From assembly GCA_951406725.2 (NCBI GenBank), contig OX597814.1:107384001-107448000 (forward strand): 64,000 nt of DNA, in the 5' to 3' direction. Position 1 is the stretch's first letter, and every line of letters starts with the position of its first letter. Below the pieces are notes generated by a model that was not told the origin of the DNA, did not search any database, and saw nothing but the letters and a program-made list of their open reading frames with translations. The position numbers were made by a program, and so were the translations under genes. Source of the DNA: Octopus vulgaris. Taxonomy: Eukaryota. Positions 14,541-26,920 of this stretch are shown one piece after another.

Positions 14541-14866
14541 CCCACACCAGCAAAACTGAGTTCTAGAAGCACTATGTGTCCCACCCACATTTAACAAGAA
14601 AACTTCTCACACATTCTACCACAACAAACCAAATTACATCTCTTCACTTCCTCACATTTCTGCTTCATGCATTATGCTTACCTCCCACTCCCCAAGCCTG
14701 CCTTCTTGGCCCTCTGCCACTGAATCATTGCTCTCTGCTAGCTTCGAACCTGCATGTTCCACCTACGCCCTGTCTCACTGTAACATTGTATATGCCCAGC
14801 ATTTTGCCACCATCTCTCTCTCGCTCTGTCTCTCCTCCTGCACTTCACTCATGTTGGGTAACCATG

Positions 14867-16107
14867 TGTTACGGTTGGCTAAGTGCATTTCGGGTTTAAT
14901 TAGTGTAGTGTTTCTGGTGACCCACATCGTGGATATGGTTCCAGTATGTCTGGTGAAAATGTGACAGTCTTTTGTCTAATGGAGGACTAATGGGTTTTGG
15001 AATGACCTGTGACCTCGTGCGGCTGAGAAGAGGGTCAGGAGAATGTGAAAGAAAAGGGACAGATTAAGGGCTGAGAGCAAATAGAGATAGAGTATAAGCA
15101 GTAAGGGACGGATGGAGAGGCTAAGAGTCTGGCAGGCGATAGAGATAGGCAGTAAGATCAGAGAGCAGATAGAGAGGCTAAGGGACAGTAGGCGATATAG
15201 ATAGAGTAAGGAATCAGATAGCAAATAGAAAGACTATAGGTGGTAGAACAGAGGGAGATGAGGGAGTGGAAGTCAGGACAAGGAAGTGAGGTTCTGGGGA
15301 GTCGTCGAGGAGCACAGACGGATCTGGCAGGCGTTGGCCGGTCCTCGAAGAAGACAGTGGGATTCTGGAAGTCAGAGCGAGTAGATGGAATCTTGGAGGC
15401 GTTGGAGATCTTGGGAGCAAGCTGGGATGCGGAGGCTTGGCGGCACTGATTGGGATATGTACAGAAGGAATTAGCAGTATGCAGAGGAATTGGCAGTATT
15501 CAGAGGAATTAGCAGGATTGAGAGGAATGGGACACTGGCAGATTCAATTGAGAATTGAGGTATGTGTTTTGTGCATTGATATGTGTCACGGTGTAAAGAA
15601 CAGTGGTGTTTAGAAACAAGGACTCTGTCGATATAGTCGATAAAGGACATTGTGAAGAAGAAGAGTAAAGGACTTGTTGATGTGACGTTATTTGTGATGT
15701 TTAGAATAAGAGACTTTAGAGAACTGTTGTCTTCGGACGTGTACCTTTGAAATACTGTATATGACTTGTTGTGTCTCCGGACTGTTATATTGTTACATGC
15801 TGTTGTATTATGCATTGATCTGTTGTATGATGTATTGAGTAGTCACGTGCATGTCTTCCTTTAAATGTCTGCCTTAAATGTATTTGATGTGTAGCAATTG
15901 ATTGTCGTATAAACTGTTGTTTGAATATAAGCCAGTGTCTCTGTTGCCTTGCCTCTTTGGGTTGTGTCTCGGGTTGTGCCTCTGTATCTCTGTGCTGTTG
16001 AGGTTGTGGCAGTATCTATCTGTGTCTCCTCTCTCCGCCTCTTTGGGTTCCGTGGCGGAACTTGTGTGAGCCGTTCGGGACGGGCGACGACGGGTGATTC
16101 CGTAACA
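14867..16107. mobile_element. Solo LTR (Gypsy-like), 1241 bp
   Basis: Ends TGTTACGG...CCGTAACA (8-bp inverted, TG..CA) flanked by 4-bp TSD CATG; no internal gag/pol. Confidence 0.75.
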
Positions 16108-17031
16108 CATGCATTTCCATTGCAGCATCGCACCTGTTTATGTCTCTCAGTTTCTCTCTAACCTTTCATCATCTGACATAAGATCACCTCCTCCAATGCC
16201 TCCTCCCCTCTCAAAAGAGTTTTTTTTCTTTTTCTTTTTTTTTTGTCTTGCAAGTACTTGGTGATCCTGTCAGTGCAGGTGCCACTTAAAAAAAGCACCC
16301 AGTCCACACTGTAAAATGATTGGTGTTTGGAAGGGCATCCAGCTGTAAAAACTTTTCCAAAACTGACCGCACCTGTGCTTGTGCCATGTAAAAAATGCTA
16401 AGTCCACTCTGCTGAGTGGTTGATGTTAGGAAAGGTATCAAGCTGTAAAAATCCTGCCAAAACAGTTACAGAAGTCTGGTGCAAGCTCTTGGTGCCATTT
16501 GTTGGGACAAATTTTTATCTCTCTTTGATATTTGAGTTTTTAACACATCACATGTGTAATAGATGTTATCACGGGACATGCTGCACTAACTGACCTATCA
16601 ATAGTGTGCCTAAATTAAATATGATAAACAGATGGCTATTGTTGTAGATGTTTCAGTATGTCTTTGATATTTATATCATTCAGAGTAGCATAAAGTATAT
16701 TTAAGTAGAAATCTCAATGTTTGCCAGCAAGTTTAAGGATATTTAACCTAAATTTGTTTCATACAAAGTGGTTAACTCATGCTCAGAGTAGAAATAGCCA
16801 AAATAAAGTTAATCCATGTAGTCAACATTTTAACGACCACTTTTACATATTCGCAAGAATCAGATGGAATTCTTTGAGTCACATTTTTCTACAACAAAAT
16901 GCCCTTCTTGTCACCAACCCTCACCTGTTTCTCAAGGAAGGTAATAATTTCCCCCATAGATGACTGGAATCAAACAACATCATTTAATGGATGGTTGGCA
17001 ATCATCTACAATCATCACATATGTATAGATA

Positions 17032-17860
17032 CAGGGTGTGATGGGTGAATTGTTGCCATTTTATATTTTTAATTTCACACATGCGCATAGCTTGCTTTTT
17101 GTTTTGTCAACTACACGGGTCAGTTGGGCACTGTCTGTGAGAAAAACAGCACCGTGATGCTATTCATTCTGCTAGAAATTTGGTAACGACATACTGTACA
17201 GCTTGGCATTCTCACCAGAAGCTCCAATACGAACATTTCAGAATGTTTGGGTGTGAATCTGAGGACATGTTCTGAGGATGATAAAAATCAAACATCCAGT
17301 CAACATCATGGTGTTTGGAGAGATCACTAGTGTTGGCAATGTTATGCCTCCATTCATCTGCCCAAATGGCCTCAGACTCAACACTGAGGCCTACATCAAG
17401 TGCCTGGAGGAGGTAGTGCTGCCCTGGGTGAACAGGGTTGATGGTGGAACACCCTATATCTGGCAACAGGACTCTGCACCATGCTACACAAGCAGGAGAA
17501 CCCAGTCATGGCTGTCAAACAATTTCTGCGACCACATCACCCCAAACACCTGGCCACCTAACTCTCCAGACTGCAGCCTCCTTGATTATTATGTGTGGGG
17601 CACAGTTGAGCGAGACACCAACAAAACTCCTTGTAACACCAAAGATTATGGCAACATTCACCAACTTAAACAAGAGTTACAGGAGATTCCAAAGTCGTCT
17701 GGAGGCCATAGTTGAAGCCAATGGCAATTTTATTGAATAAATTTACTCTTTAGTATTTCAAGATATTTTTATGTAATTTTGGTAAATATATCTGTTAAAA
17801 TGAAATGCCATTATTTTCATTTTTGCATAATTTAGATGACAGTTCTATCACCGCATCCTG
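17032..17860 (+). mobile_element. maT (DD37D) Tc1/mariner element, internally deleted
   Basis: TA|CAGGGTG...CATCCTG|TA ends. ORF 17278-17715 has QQDSAP...WPPNSPDCSLLDY with 37 residues between the 2nd and 3rd catalytic Asp. Confidence 0.88.
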
Positions 17861-18559
17861 TATATATATGCAATAGGCTTTTAGTTTCTGTCCCTCCAGT
17901 CTGATCACAAGGCTTTGCTTGGCCTGGGGCTATAGCAGAAGACGCTTAGCCAAGTTGCCATGCAGTGGGACTGAACATGGAACCACGTGGTTGGAATACA
18001 AATGTCTTACCACAAGCTAATATTTGCCCATGGCCAGACATGTCTTTCACAGATGACTGGAAATGAACAACACCCTTGTATAACAGTAAAACCCATTTAC
18101 TACCATCACATAATATCAAAATAAAGGCACACACATATATATACATATATACATACACACATATATATTTGTGTGTGTGTCCAGCACACACATATATATA
18201 CATATATACACACACACACATATATATTTGTGTATGTGTATATATCAGCAGCAGCATCATCATCATCATTTAACATGTGTTTTCCATGCTGGCATGGGTT
18301 GGACAGTTTGACATGGAGCTGGCCTAACTCCAAGTGTCTGCTATGGCATGGTTTCCACAGCTGGATGCCCTTCCTAATGCCAACCCACTTTACAGCATAT
18401 GTTGGGTGTTTTCTATGTGCCACCAGCATGAACACTTTTTAGGTGGAACTGGCAAGGTTGCGTCTGTGCTGCACCAGCACAGGTGCTTTTTAAGTGGCAC
18501 TGGCACCTGGAAGGACAAGCCTGTATGTGTGGAAGATGAGATTTTACTTAACTTGATGC

Positions 18560-18950
18560 ATCTTGTCAAGTACAGCAAATCACCACATTTCTCAGTCCCT
18601 CATCATTTCCTTGGTGAGGCCCAGCATCTGAAGATCCTTCCTCACCACTTTGCCTCATGTCATCATGGGTCTACCCTTCCACAGGTACTCCCCACAATTA
18701 GAGTTTGGTACTCTTTTACACAGCTGTCCTCATCCATACGCATCACATGACCAAACCAGCACAGTCATCTCTCTTGCACACTACATCTGATGCCTCTTGT
18801 ACACAGTTTACCTCTTAAATCATTTACACTCAGTGTGTGCACACTGACATTACCCATCCAGCAAAGTATGTTAGCTTCATTTCTTTCAAGCCTTTGCATG
18901 GCCTCTGTAGTCAAAGCCCATGTTTCACTGCGATGTAGCATAGCTGTACA
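18560..18950 (-). mobile_element. RTE LINE 3' remnant
   Basis: ORF 18765-19031 gives AMLHRSETWALTTEAMQRLERNEANILCWM..LRGKL. Confidence 0.8.
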
Positions 18951-19276
18951 TATATATATATATATCTCATGGACTTTCCCGTTGTTAGACAACGCTTGAA
19001 GGTTCTGTAATTTCTTGCCAAACAACCACACAGATGATTTGTTTATAGTGATTAAATGTTTGTATTCACATAAAACTCACTCTCCCCATCAAATAGACAT
19101 TACCTGTACAGGTGCACGAGTGTGTCTCATGTCAGGTGACAGAATGATGGCAGAGCAACATGAAATAAAGTGCTTTGCTCAAAAGCATAACACAACACTC
19201 GGTCTGGGAATCGAAACCATGATCTCACAATCGTGAATGCAACACCCTAACCACTAAGCCATGCACCTTCATTATA

Positions 19277-19311
<35 letters not shown>

Positions 19312-19991
19312 TTATTATATATATATATATATATATGGCACGTAAAAAGCACCATTTGAGCGTGGCTGTTGCCCGTACCGCCTGACTGGCCCTCGTGCCG
19401 GTGGCATATAAAAGCACCCACTACACTCTCGGAGTAGTTGGCGTTAGGAAGGGCATCCAGCTGTAGAAACTCTGCCAGATCAGATTGGAGCCTAGTGCAG
19501 CCATCTGGTTTGCCAGACCTCAGTCAAATCGTCCAACCCGTGCTAGCATGGAAAGCAGACATTAAATGATGATGACAATACATAAAGAGAGAGATGACCG
19601 ACTTTGTTCAGTTTCCATCTACCAAATTCACTCCCTAGGTTTTGGTGTAAACCCAAGGCAGTAATACAAGACACTTGTTGAAGGTACTGTGTGGTGAGAC
19701 TGAACCCAAGACCATATTATTGGAAAGTAAGCTTCTTGGCCACACTGCCACACTTGTGTCTATGCAGTGAGAGGGAAATATCTTCCATGTTAACCTTTCT
19801 GAATGAAATTTGGTTGACAGAAACTGTTTGGAACCATGTCAGTAAAAAGCATTCTTGTTCTTAAATAGAAGACTTCATTCTCTGGTTGAATCTCAACCCC
19901 TGATGCCTTTAATGTTTGTTGCAAGCATTTATGCCAGGTCTCCAGTCTAAAGGTAACCTTTCTCCCTCCCACCAGCCCCTGAAGCTTTGAA

Positions 19992-20428
19992 ATCTAAGTA
20001 GAGATTTCAAACTTAAAATCTTCAAAGCCACAGTCGAACCAATTCTACTATATGGCTCAGAAACCTGGACATTATCAAAGAAGCTTGAGAGGCGGTTGGA
20101 TGGAACTTACACGCGCCTCCTCTCGTGGAAGCGTCATCCAACCAAAGTACAAATATATGGGAAACTACCACCTGTATCATCTCTTGTGAAAAATAGAAGA
20201 GTCCAGTTTGCTGGACATTGTTGTAGAGCTGAAAATGAGGTAATTTCTATTCTTCTCCTCTGGAAGCCATCTGCTCGTGATACCAGAGGGCGCACACTCT
20301 CCTACCCTGATGTAATCTCCAGGGATACAGGCATCCAGCAACGGGACCTCCGTAATGCTATGATGGACCGTGAAGTCTGGCGTAACATAGTAAATTCCAT
20401 TGTCTCGACCACGGTCAAACAATGATGA
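19992..20428 (+). mobile_element. Young 5'-truncated RTE/RTE-X-like LINE copy with TSD
   Basis: Open frame KLKIFKATVEPILLYGSETWTL..RRVQFAGHC..DREVWR to stop at 20425; (TGA)n tail; TGAAGCTTTGAA duplicated at 19980-19991 and 20429-20440. Confidence 0.88.
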
Positions 20429-20890
20429 TGAAGCTTTGAAGGGGGATGCAACAGCTGCCCTTCATTCTTTAAGACATTTAAAAACAAAAATATTTATATC
20501 AAATTTCAGGTTTGGTCTGCCAGAATCTAAGCTTTTGTCTTTCTAATATAATTAAGAACTTCTAAAATGTAATCCTTCTGTTCCATATAAAGGTGATATA
20601 AACTTGAAATATATTTTATGGATATCAGACAAAATATTTCTCTTTCCTGATTCTTTTTGTTCTCTCTTATTCTCATACTAAAACAGATATTGGAGCTCAA
20701 CACAGTCCTCTGGCTCATTTGTTTCCCATCAATCTGTGCAAACCATGCCAGTGTGGAAAGATGGATATTAAATGATGATGAGGATGGTCTTACTGATCTC
20801 CGATATAAAATAAATTACACTTCTGTAGTTTTTGTTACAATTACTTCTAAAAGATTGATTCTTAATCTGTTTTTTTGTTTTCGATTTCAG

Positions 20891-21225
20891 AATCACCTAA
20901 AAGTATGAAATATATTAGTTTGACCTCATTAACTTTGCAAAATGCCCTGCTTGCACTTGTTATGCGATATGTGCGTACGAGACCAGGAGATCTATTCATG
21001 TCGACCACAGCGGTGATAATGTCAGAGGTTTTGAAATTCGTGACTTGTCTTGTCTTCATTTTTATCCAAGAAGGTAGCGTCTCAAATTGGTTACGACATT
21101 TGAATGAGAACATCATCAAACAACCAATTGATTGTATGAAAGTTTCCATTCCATCTCTTGTCTATACGCTGCAAAATAACCTTCTCTATGTCGCTGTATC
21201 TAATCTGGATGCTGCAACATACCAA
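20891..21225 (+). CDS. SLC35A2: UDP-galactose translocator / SLC35A nucleotide-sugar transporter, internal coding exon (335 nt)
   Basis: Acceptor ttttttgttttcgatttcAG|20891 and donor 21225|GTAAGT. Translates ESPKSMKYISL...RYVRTRPGD...PSLVYTLQNNLLYVAVSNLDAATYQ, with SLC35A motifs closer to A2 (RTxPGD, PSLxYTLQNNL) than to A1/A3. Phase-1 start; an in-frame ATG at 20905 could also initiate. Confidence 0.93.
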
Positions 21226-21534
21226 GTAAGTATCCAATATTCGTTTTAAATCTTTACACCCCTATATGAATTATCACATTTAGGCCTAGCTTCTTACCAC
21301 ACAGCCATGAAAACCAATATTCATTGAAAGAATGACAGAGAATCTAGTTTGAATATATTTCCTTTGTTACATTTTGACATCTGAATATTTGGGTGTTATC
21401 TTAGTTAATTCTAAATGAATACCGTAAATCCTCGACCACCTTAATATGATATAATAAATGTGAATGTCAGTGTGTCACGCTTTTTCAACTTTACTCCTAG
21501 AGACTGTAGCCCAACATATACCATTTTGGAATCA

Positions 21535-21829
21535 GGCTGACTCCATGAGTAAATTAAAAACATTCCAGGCAGAATCCGGATCCACAATCCTGAAATTTTG
21601 GATTCACAAGTTTTTGTTACTGTGATTGTTTTTGGCAATTTTACTTGACTTTTTTGCAACAAATTTTTTTTTACAATAACAATTTTTATAATCTAAAGGC
21701 TAACTCCATGAGTAAATTAAAAACATTCCAGGCTGAATCCAGATCTGCAATCCTGAAATTTTGGATTCCTATGCTTTCGTTACTGTGATTGCTTTCGGCA
21801 ATTTTTTTACGTGATTTTTAGCGACAAAT
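21535..21829 (+). repeat. Two diverged direct repeats, period ~163 bp, probably inside a DNA-transposon relic
   Basis: GGCT.ACTCCATGAGTAAATTAAAAACATTCCAGGC..CAATCCTGAAATTTTGGATTC at 21535 and 21698; TA|CCGTAAATCCTCGA TIR-like start at ~21422. Confidence 0.75.
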
Positions 21830-22029
21830 ATGGTCATCATTGGGATATGACTCTGGAGGAAGCAACTGCAACAAATTCTCCAAAACAAGTCAGGGATCTG
21901 TTGGCAGATCTTCCTGTTCAGGGTCAGTTGCTTAAAAGCTATATAGTAGCTTAAAGGAGTGGGTATTGATCGTACAAACAGGATAAACAGAAGTCAAAAC
22001 CTGAGTAGACATTTCTTTTTTATTCTTAA

Positions 22030-22680
22030 TCAGTAGAAGTTACCAAGTTCTGTGGCAGGAGTACTCGATGCTTGGGTGGACATGGACCACACCCCCTTTT
22101 GGTTATTTGGTGGTGGGGTTCTATAGAAACCCACCTTTTCGGTTGCAGAGATTCTGAATCCTCCCCCAATTTTTTTTTTGACGAAATACGTAGAAAAATA
22201 TGGAGATTATGATTCTGAAAAAAAAAAATTTTGTAAAATTTAAATTTTTTAAAAATTGATAAATAAATAACCCCTCCCTCCACTCTGCCAGTGCATCCAT
22301 GACAGAAAGTGAACATGTTGTGGTTGAGGGGCTTTTGGAATTGAGAGAATGATGTCAAAATTAGCAAAATGTCATTGTAAAAATTTTTTTCTTTTTTGGT
22401 AATTCATATTTAGAAAGTGGATCTTCAGTTTAGCTGTTGTTTCTAGCTCGTCAGACTTTCCAGTTGGAACGTACATAGAAATCGAAAATTTTGAAAACCC
22501 CAAAAACGTTGAAGTGGCGATTCTTTTTTTTTCTTTTTTGCTATTCAGAATCTCTGCAGCCAAAAAGGTGGGTTTCTGTAGAAAAAAAACAAACAAAAAA
22601 AAACCGAAAGCAGGATGCAGTCCATGTGTTTTACCTCCACCAAACATTTCACCTTCAAGTCATTTCGTAACTTCTGCTGA
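22030..22680. mobile_element. MITE with TIRs and internal inverted repeats, TTAA-flanked
   Basis: TTAA|TCAGTAGAAGTTAC...GTAACTTCTGCTGA|TTAA; inner IR at 22121-22159/22543-22582; related sequence at 63.5-63.85 kb. Confidence 0.7.
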
Positions 22681-23760
22681 TTAAACGTGGATGTGTATTC
22701 ACTTATCATGTGAACATTCTAATCAGGAAATGGTAACTTGCCCTTCAGAAATGCTGTACAAGGCAGATCTCATACATTAACAGAAGCAGCAGCAACAATA
22801 TTTCTCAATAGTCCTATTGGATTTCATTAGTAGCATTGTATTAAATAAGTAGTCCGTAAATAGTCATTTAGTAGAAGTAATTTAATAGTTTGTTCTTTCT
22901 AATCCTTCTTCCCAATCAACTGAAATTAAGGAAGTCACAAGAGAAAACTTTTGATTTCTTGTTCAACCTAATTCTTCTACTGTTTTAACAGCAATACTGC
23001 GTTCAGAATTACTGCTTTCTTGTCTGTATCGTACGATACTCATTCAGCATTTCTGTAAAACAACTGTAAGTTTGTTTCTATACACATGGGTTGGACAAAT
23101 GACTGAGGGCTGGTGAACCAGATGGCTGCACCAGGCTTCAATCTTGATCTGGTAGAGTTTCTACAGCTGTATGCCCTTCCTAACGCCAACCTGTCCGAGA
23201 GTGTAGTGGGTGCTTTAACGTGCCACCGGCACGGGGCCAGTCAGGTGGTACTGGCAACGACCATGCTCAAATCTTTTACACATGCCACCGGCACGGGGCC
23301 AGTCACGTGGTACTGGCAACGACCTCACTTGAATCTTTTACACATGCCACCAGCACATGTACCAGTAAGGTGATGCTGGTAACGATCACGCTTGAATGGT
23401 GTCTTTTATGTGCCACTGGCACAGAGGCCAGATAGCTGCTCTGGCAATGATCACGCATGGGGCTCGAGTGCCGGTAAGGCGACACTGGTAACGATCACGC
23501 TCAAATGGTGCCTTTTAAGTGCCACTGGCACAGAAGCCGATGGTAGTTACATTTCAGTTAGCTATTTAGCATTTAGAATTGGTGGAAATGAAGTTTAGCT
23601 CAGCGCTTCATAAGCTTTTCCCATTCATGACCCCATTTTTCACCATGAGATTTTTTGTGACCCTAGGTATTAAATATGAAATAAAACATATAAGTAAATA
23701 CATAAATCTTTTTTTTTTTTTTTTGCTGAACAGTATACATTTAAAAAAGATAGTTATATA

Positions 23761-24160
23761 AGCGCAGGTGTGGCTGTGTGGTAAGTAGTTTGCTTACCAA
23801 CCACACGGTCTCGGGTTCAGTCCCACTATGTAGCACTTTGGGCAAGTGTCTACTATAGCCTTGGGCCACCCAAGGCCTTGTGAGTGGATTTGGTAGACAG
23901 AAACTGAAAGAAGCCCGTTGTATATATATATGTATGTATGTATGTATGTGTGAGTATATGTTAGTGTATCTGTGTTTGTCCCCAGCATCGTTTGACAACT
24001 GATGCTGATAGGTTTACGTCCCCGTAACTTAGCAGTTCGGCAAAAGAGACCAATAGAATAAGTACTAGGCTTACAAAGAATAAGTCCTGGTGTCGATTTG
24101 CTCGATTAAAAGCAATGCTCCAACATGGCCGCAGTCAAATGACTGAAAACAAGTAAAAGA
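23761..24160 (+). mobile_element. tRNA-derived SINE family 1 (representative copy)
   Basis: Head GCAGGTGTGGCTGTGTGGTAAG..GGTTCAGTCCC (A/B boxes), CACTTTGGGCAAGTG core, (TA/TG)n, tail CAAATGACTGAAAACAAGTAAAAGA. Other copies: ~1215-1598, 6100-6460, 32096-32460, 39730-40071, 40663-41034, 54958-55260 (+); 4860-5075, 42990-43200, 43545-43705, 54278-54670 (-). Confidence 0.85.
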
Positions 24161-24528
24161 ATAAACAAATATTTGTCAAAATAAAAGTAGTTTTAGGATT
24201 TGTTTCAAGTTTCAAAAATAAACCAAAGTAAAAACCAATGCGTTGGATGTTCCTAGTTTTTTCCTGCAGAACAAATTAAACCTTGGTGTAATTAATATTT
24301 GATACTGCTGGACGTAAAGTGTCTTCTACATTTTTCAGCATTGAACAATATTTTGTTTTAATAAGGGTTAAAGCTGAAAAAGTTGTTTCACATATGTATG
24401 TGGTGCTAAATGACCAAAGAACATGTTATGCCATTTCAGAAATAAGGCAGCGAGTTGGTAGAAAATATAGCACACCGGGCGAAATGCTTAGCAGTATTTC
24501 TTGTCTTTACATTCTGGGTTGATCTAAT

Positions 24529-24615
24529 CAACAAACAAAATGAGGACAAATATCCGTCAAATGTAAATAAAGTAAATAATGTACATAATTCCTCATCTCT
24601 TAAATATCAAACTGT
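24529..24615 (+). mobile_element. Family A 3' fragment (another at 1612-1658, minus)
   Basis: CAACAAACAA..GAGGACAAATATCCGTCAAATGTAAATAA..CCTCATCTCTTAAATAT matches the family A tail. Confidence 0.75.
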
Positions 24616-24767
24616 ATCACTTAACTCTGTTGTAGCTGCACACTGACATTACCCATCCAGTGGAGCATGCTGACTTCATTTCTTTCAAGTCTTCCCACAT
24701 CTTCATTGGCGGTGCCCCAGCATGGCCACCGTGTCAGGGCTGAAACATATAAAATACTCCCCCACCA

Positions 24768-24942
24768 TATATATGTGTGTGTGTGTATCTATGCATGTGT
24801 GTATGTATGTGTATATCTATGCATGTGTGTATATGTGTATCTATGCATGTATGTATGTGCGTGTGCATATGTGTGTGTGTATATCTATGCATGTTTTTGT
24901 GTGTGTATATATACATGTATTTACATATGTGTGTATATGTAC
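24768..24942. repeat. Compound TG/TA microsatellite
   Basis: Degenerate GTGTATATCTATGCAT units. Confidence 0.9.
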
Positions 24943-25271
24943 ATTTATCACCATATTTGACCTATTTTCCTTTCTCAACCAGTTTTCGTTGTAACCTCCT
25001 TTTAATTTCTTGATTGTTTTCACTTCAACCAAAACTTCCATCAGATAATGTGTATCTAGGAATACATTGTCAGATGTGACTTCCTTCTAAGAATGTCTGG
25101 CAAGTGATTTCAGAGAGATTTAACAATTATATCTAGCATACCAAAGGCCTTCTCTCTCTCTCTCTCTCTCTGCCACCCAGAACATTCTGTTATGAGGCTC
25201 TTGTTTGGTCTTAATGTGTTGAGGTTTTAGTCATGTCAAAGAAAATAACTCCTTTACAAACACTCCTTACT

Positions 25272-25430
25272 GTCACCACCATCACTACTACTACTACTAT
25301 TATTACACCACCACCACTACCACCACTGCTACTACCACCACAACCACTGCTACTACCATCACCACTACTACTACTACCACCACTACTACTACCACTATTA
25401 CTACCACTACCACCATCACCACCACAATCA
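25272..25430. repeat. (ACT/ACC)n trinucleotide repeat
   Basis: Directly visible; explains the poly-Pro/Leu/Val/Ser pseudo-ORFs. Confidence 0.95.
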
Positions 25431-25737
25431 TCTGAATGTAAACTACAAGCAGCCATACTTCTAAGCGATGGTATTTAATTTGCAAGTGATGTAAGTCTCA
25501 AACAGCTCTTGAATGGTTCCACCCTCACTTCTACAAACAAAGTCTATCCTTATCTGATAGGTTACAATAAAGCTGGAACCAGTTTGGAGTTGTCTCACAT
25601 ACTTACTAAGAAACTAATTAATTTAGTATCAGTCATTAATTAATAGTGTTTTCTGTTATGTTTTGTTTTCTCGCTGCATAATTATTTGTAATTAGTATTT
25701 TAAGGTTTCTTTATTATTTCAATATTAATTAATATTA

Positions 25738-26920
25738 CAGTAATTCCTCACCATATCACAGTTCACCTATTGCGCCCTCAGTACATCACAGATTTTTATG
25801 GTTAATATATGTAAATTTATATCATGCAATCCTCAGTATATTGTGGGTTTCTGCAGCCAATAGGTATTTAGATTTTTTTTTAGATTTTAGTTATTTCTGT
25901 GGTAAAATAAGCATTTTCATCCCTATGAATTAATAAATAACAAGAGCACTCAAAGAGTGCAAACCTCCACCAAGGTAAGACCAACGTCCTCTCAATGATT
26001 AGCCCAAAATGATTTTTAAAATGAGAATATCTGAAATAAACTCGGCTGCTCTCACAAACGAGAATAATAAAAATGAACCCGACTGCTCTCAAAAATTTTA
26101 AAAGAAACAGAAAAATAATCCAGAATCCTTGTCTGGTATTGGACTGATCCCAAAATCTAATCAGTTCATGCTGGTCACGAGGCCAAACATCCCTGAAAGT
26201 TTCATCCAAATCCATCCAGCGGTTCTTGAGATATCTTGTCCTCAAACAAACAAACATGACTGAAAACAATACCACCATCTTTGCTAAGGCGGAGGTAAAA
26301 GTAGAGTACAGTACGGCTCTGTATAACACATTAATTAAAATATATTAAAAGAAAATGCATAGAGTACCGGAGATGAGTAAACAAAGAATCGCACATACCG
26401 TATGGAAAACATGAATTAGGAGGCGAGTGTGTGTTGTTGTTTGGCATTTGTGTGTAAAATTGTGAATTTCTTTCAAGCCTTACAATGTCACCCAAATGTT
26501 CTGCACCTTCTAAGGCTTCTTCTGGCAGTGAACCCAAGCGCCAGAGGAAGATGTTTACTACAGCAGAAAAGGTGAGACTCCTTGACATGCTTAAGGTAGG
26601 GAGAAGGTATGTAGATGTAGGCTGCCAGAAGAACTTCAGAGAATGGCACACCCAGATGATTCATGCATTGCCATTCAGAAATGCAATCGACAGCGCCATG
26701 AAGTTTATAAAAACCTCCTTAGACAGAAGAAAAGGCAGTGCCAGCGACTGCCCATCACTATGTTCCTCACCCACAAAAAAAAAGGGAAGACATGGGTACT
26801 CTTAAGAGTGTGGGGAGAGGTTTTATAAAAATAATAAAATAAATATATACAAATTATAAAAATAATAAAAAAATAATTACAGTACAGTACTGTTTCTACT
26901 TCATGGATTTTCATCTATCA
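25738..26920 (+). mobile_element. Tigger/pogo-like non-autonomous element
   Basis: TA|CAGTAATTCCTC start. ORF from 26485 reads MSPKCSAPSKASSGSEPKRQRKMFTTAEKVRLLDMLK, the CENP-B/Tigger N-terminal HTH. Confidence 0.7.
25941..26298 (-). mobile_element. Helentron/DINE-1-like non-autonomous element nested in the Tigger
   Basis: Minus start TTACCTCCGCC, (TTTG)n tract, GATGGATTTGGATGAAACTT core, subterminal GGTGGAGG inverse repeat, 3' hairpin GCACTC..GAGTGC. Confidence 0.6.

Noticed and set aside
14976-16161. Cluster of ORFs suggesting a gene
   Set aside because: They lie within the solo LTR, are low-complexity and show no recognisable domains.
23205-23540. Repeat-spacer-like pattern with palindromic repeats
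   Set aside because: The intervening segments are homologous to each other; it is an internal SINE tandem array.
25211-25485. Pro-, Gly/Ser- or Val-rich protein ORFs
   Set aside because: Translations of an (ACT/ACC)n microsatellite.
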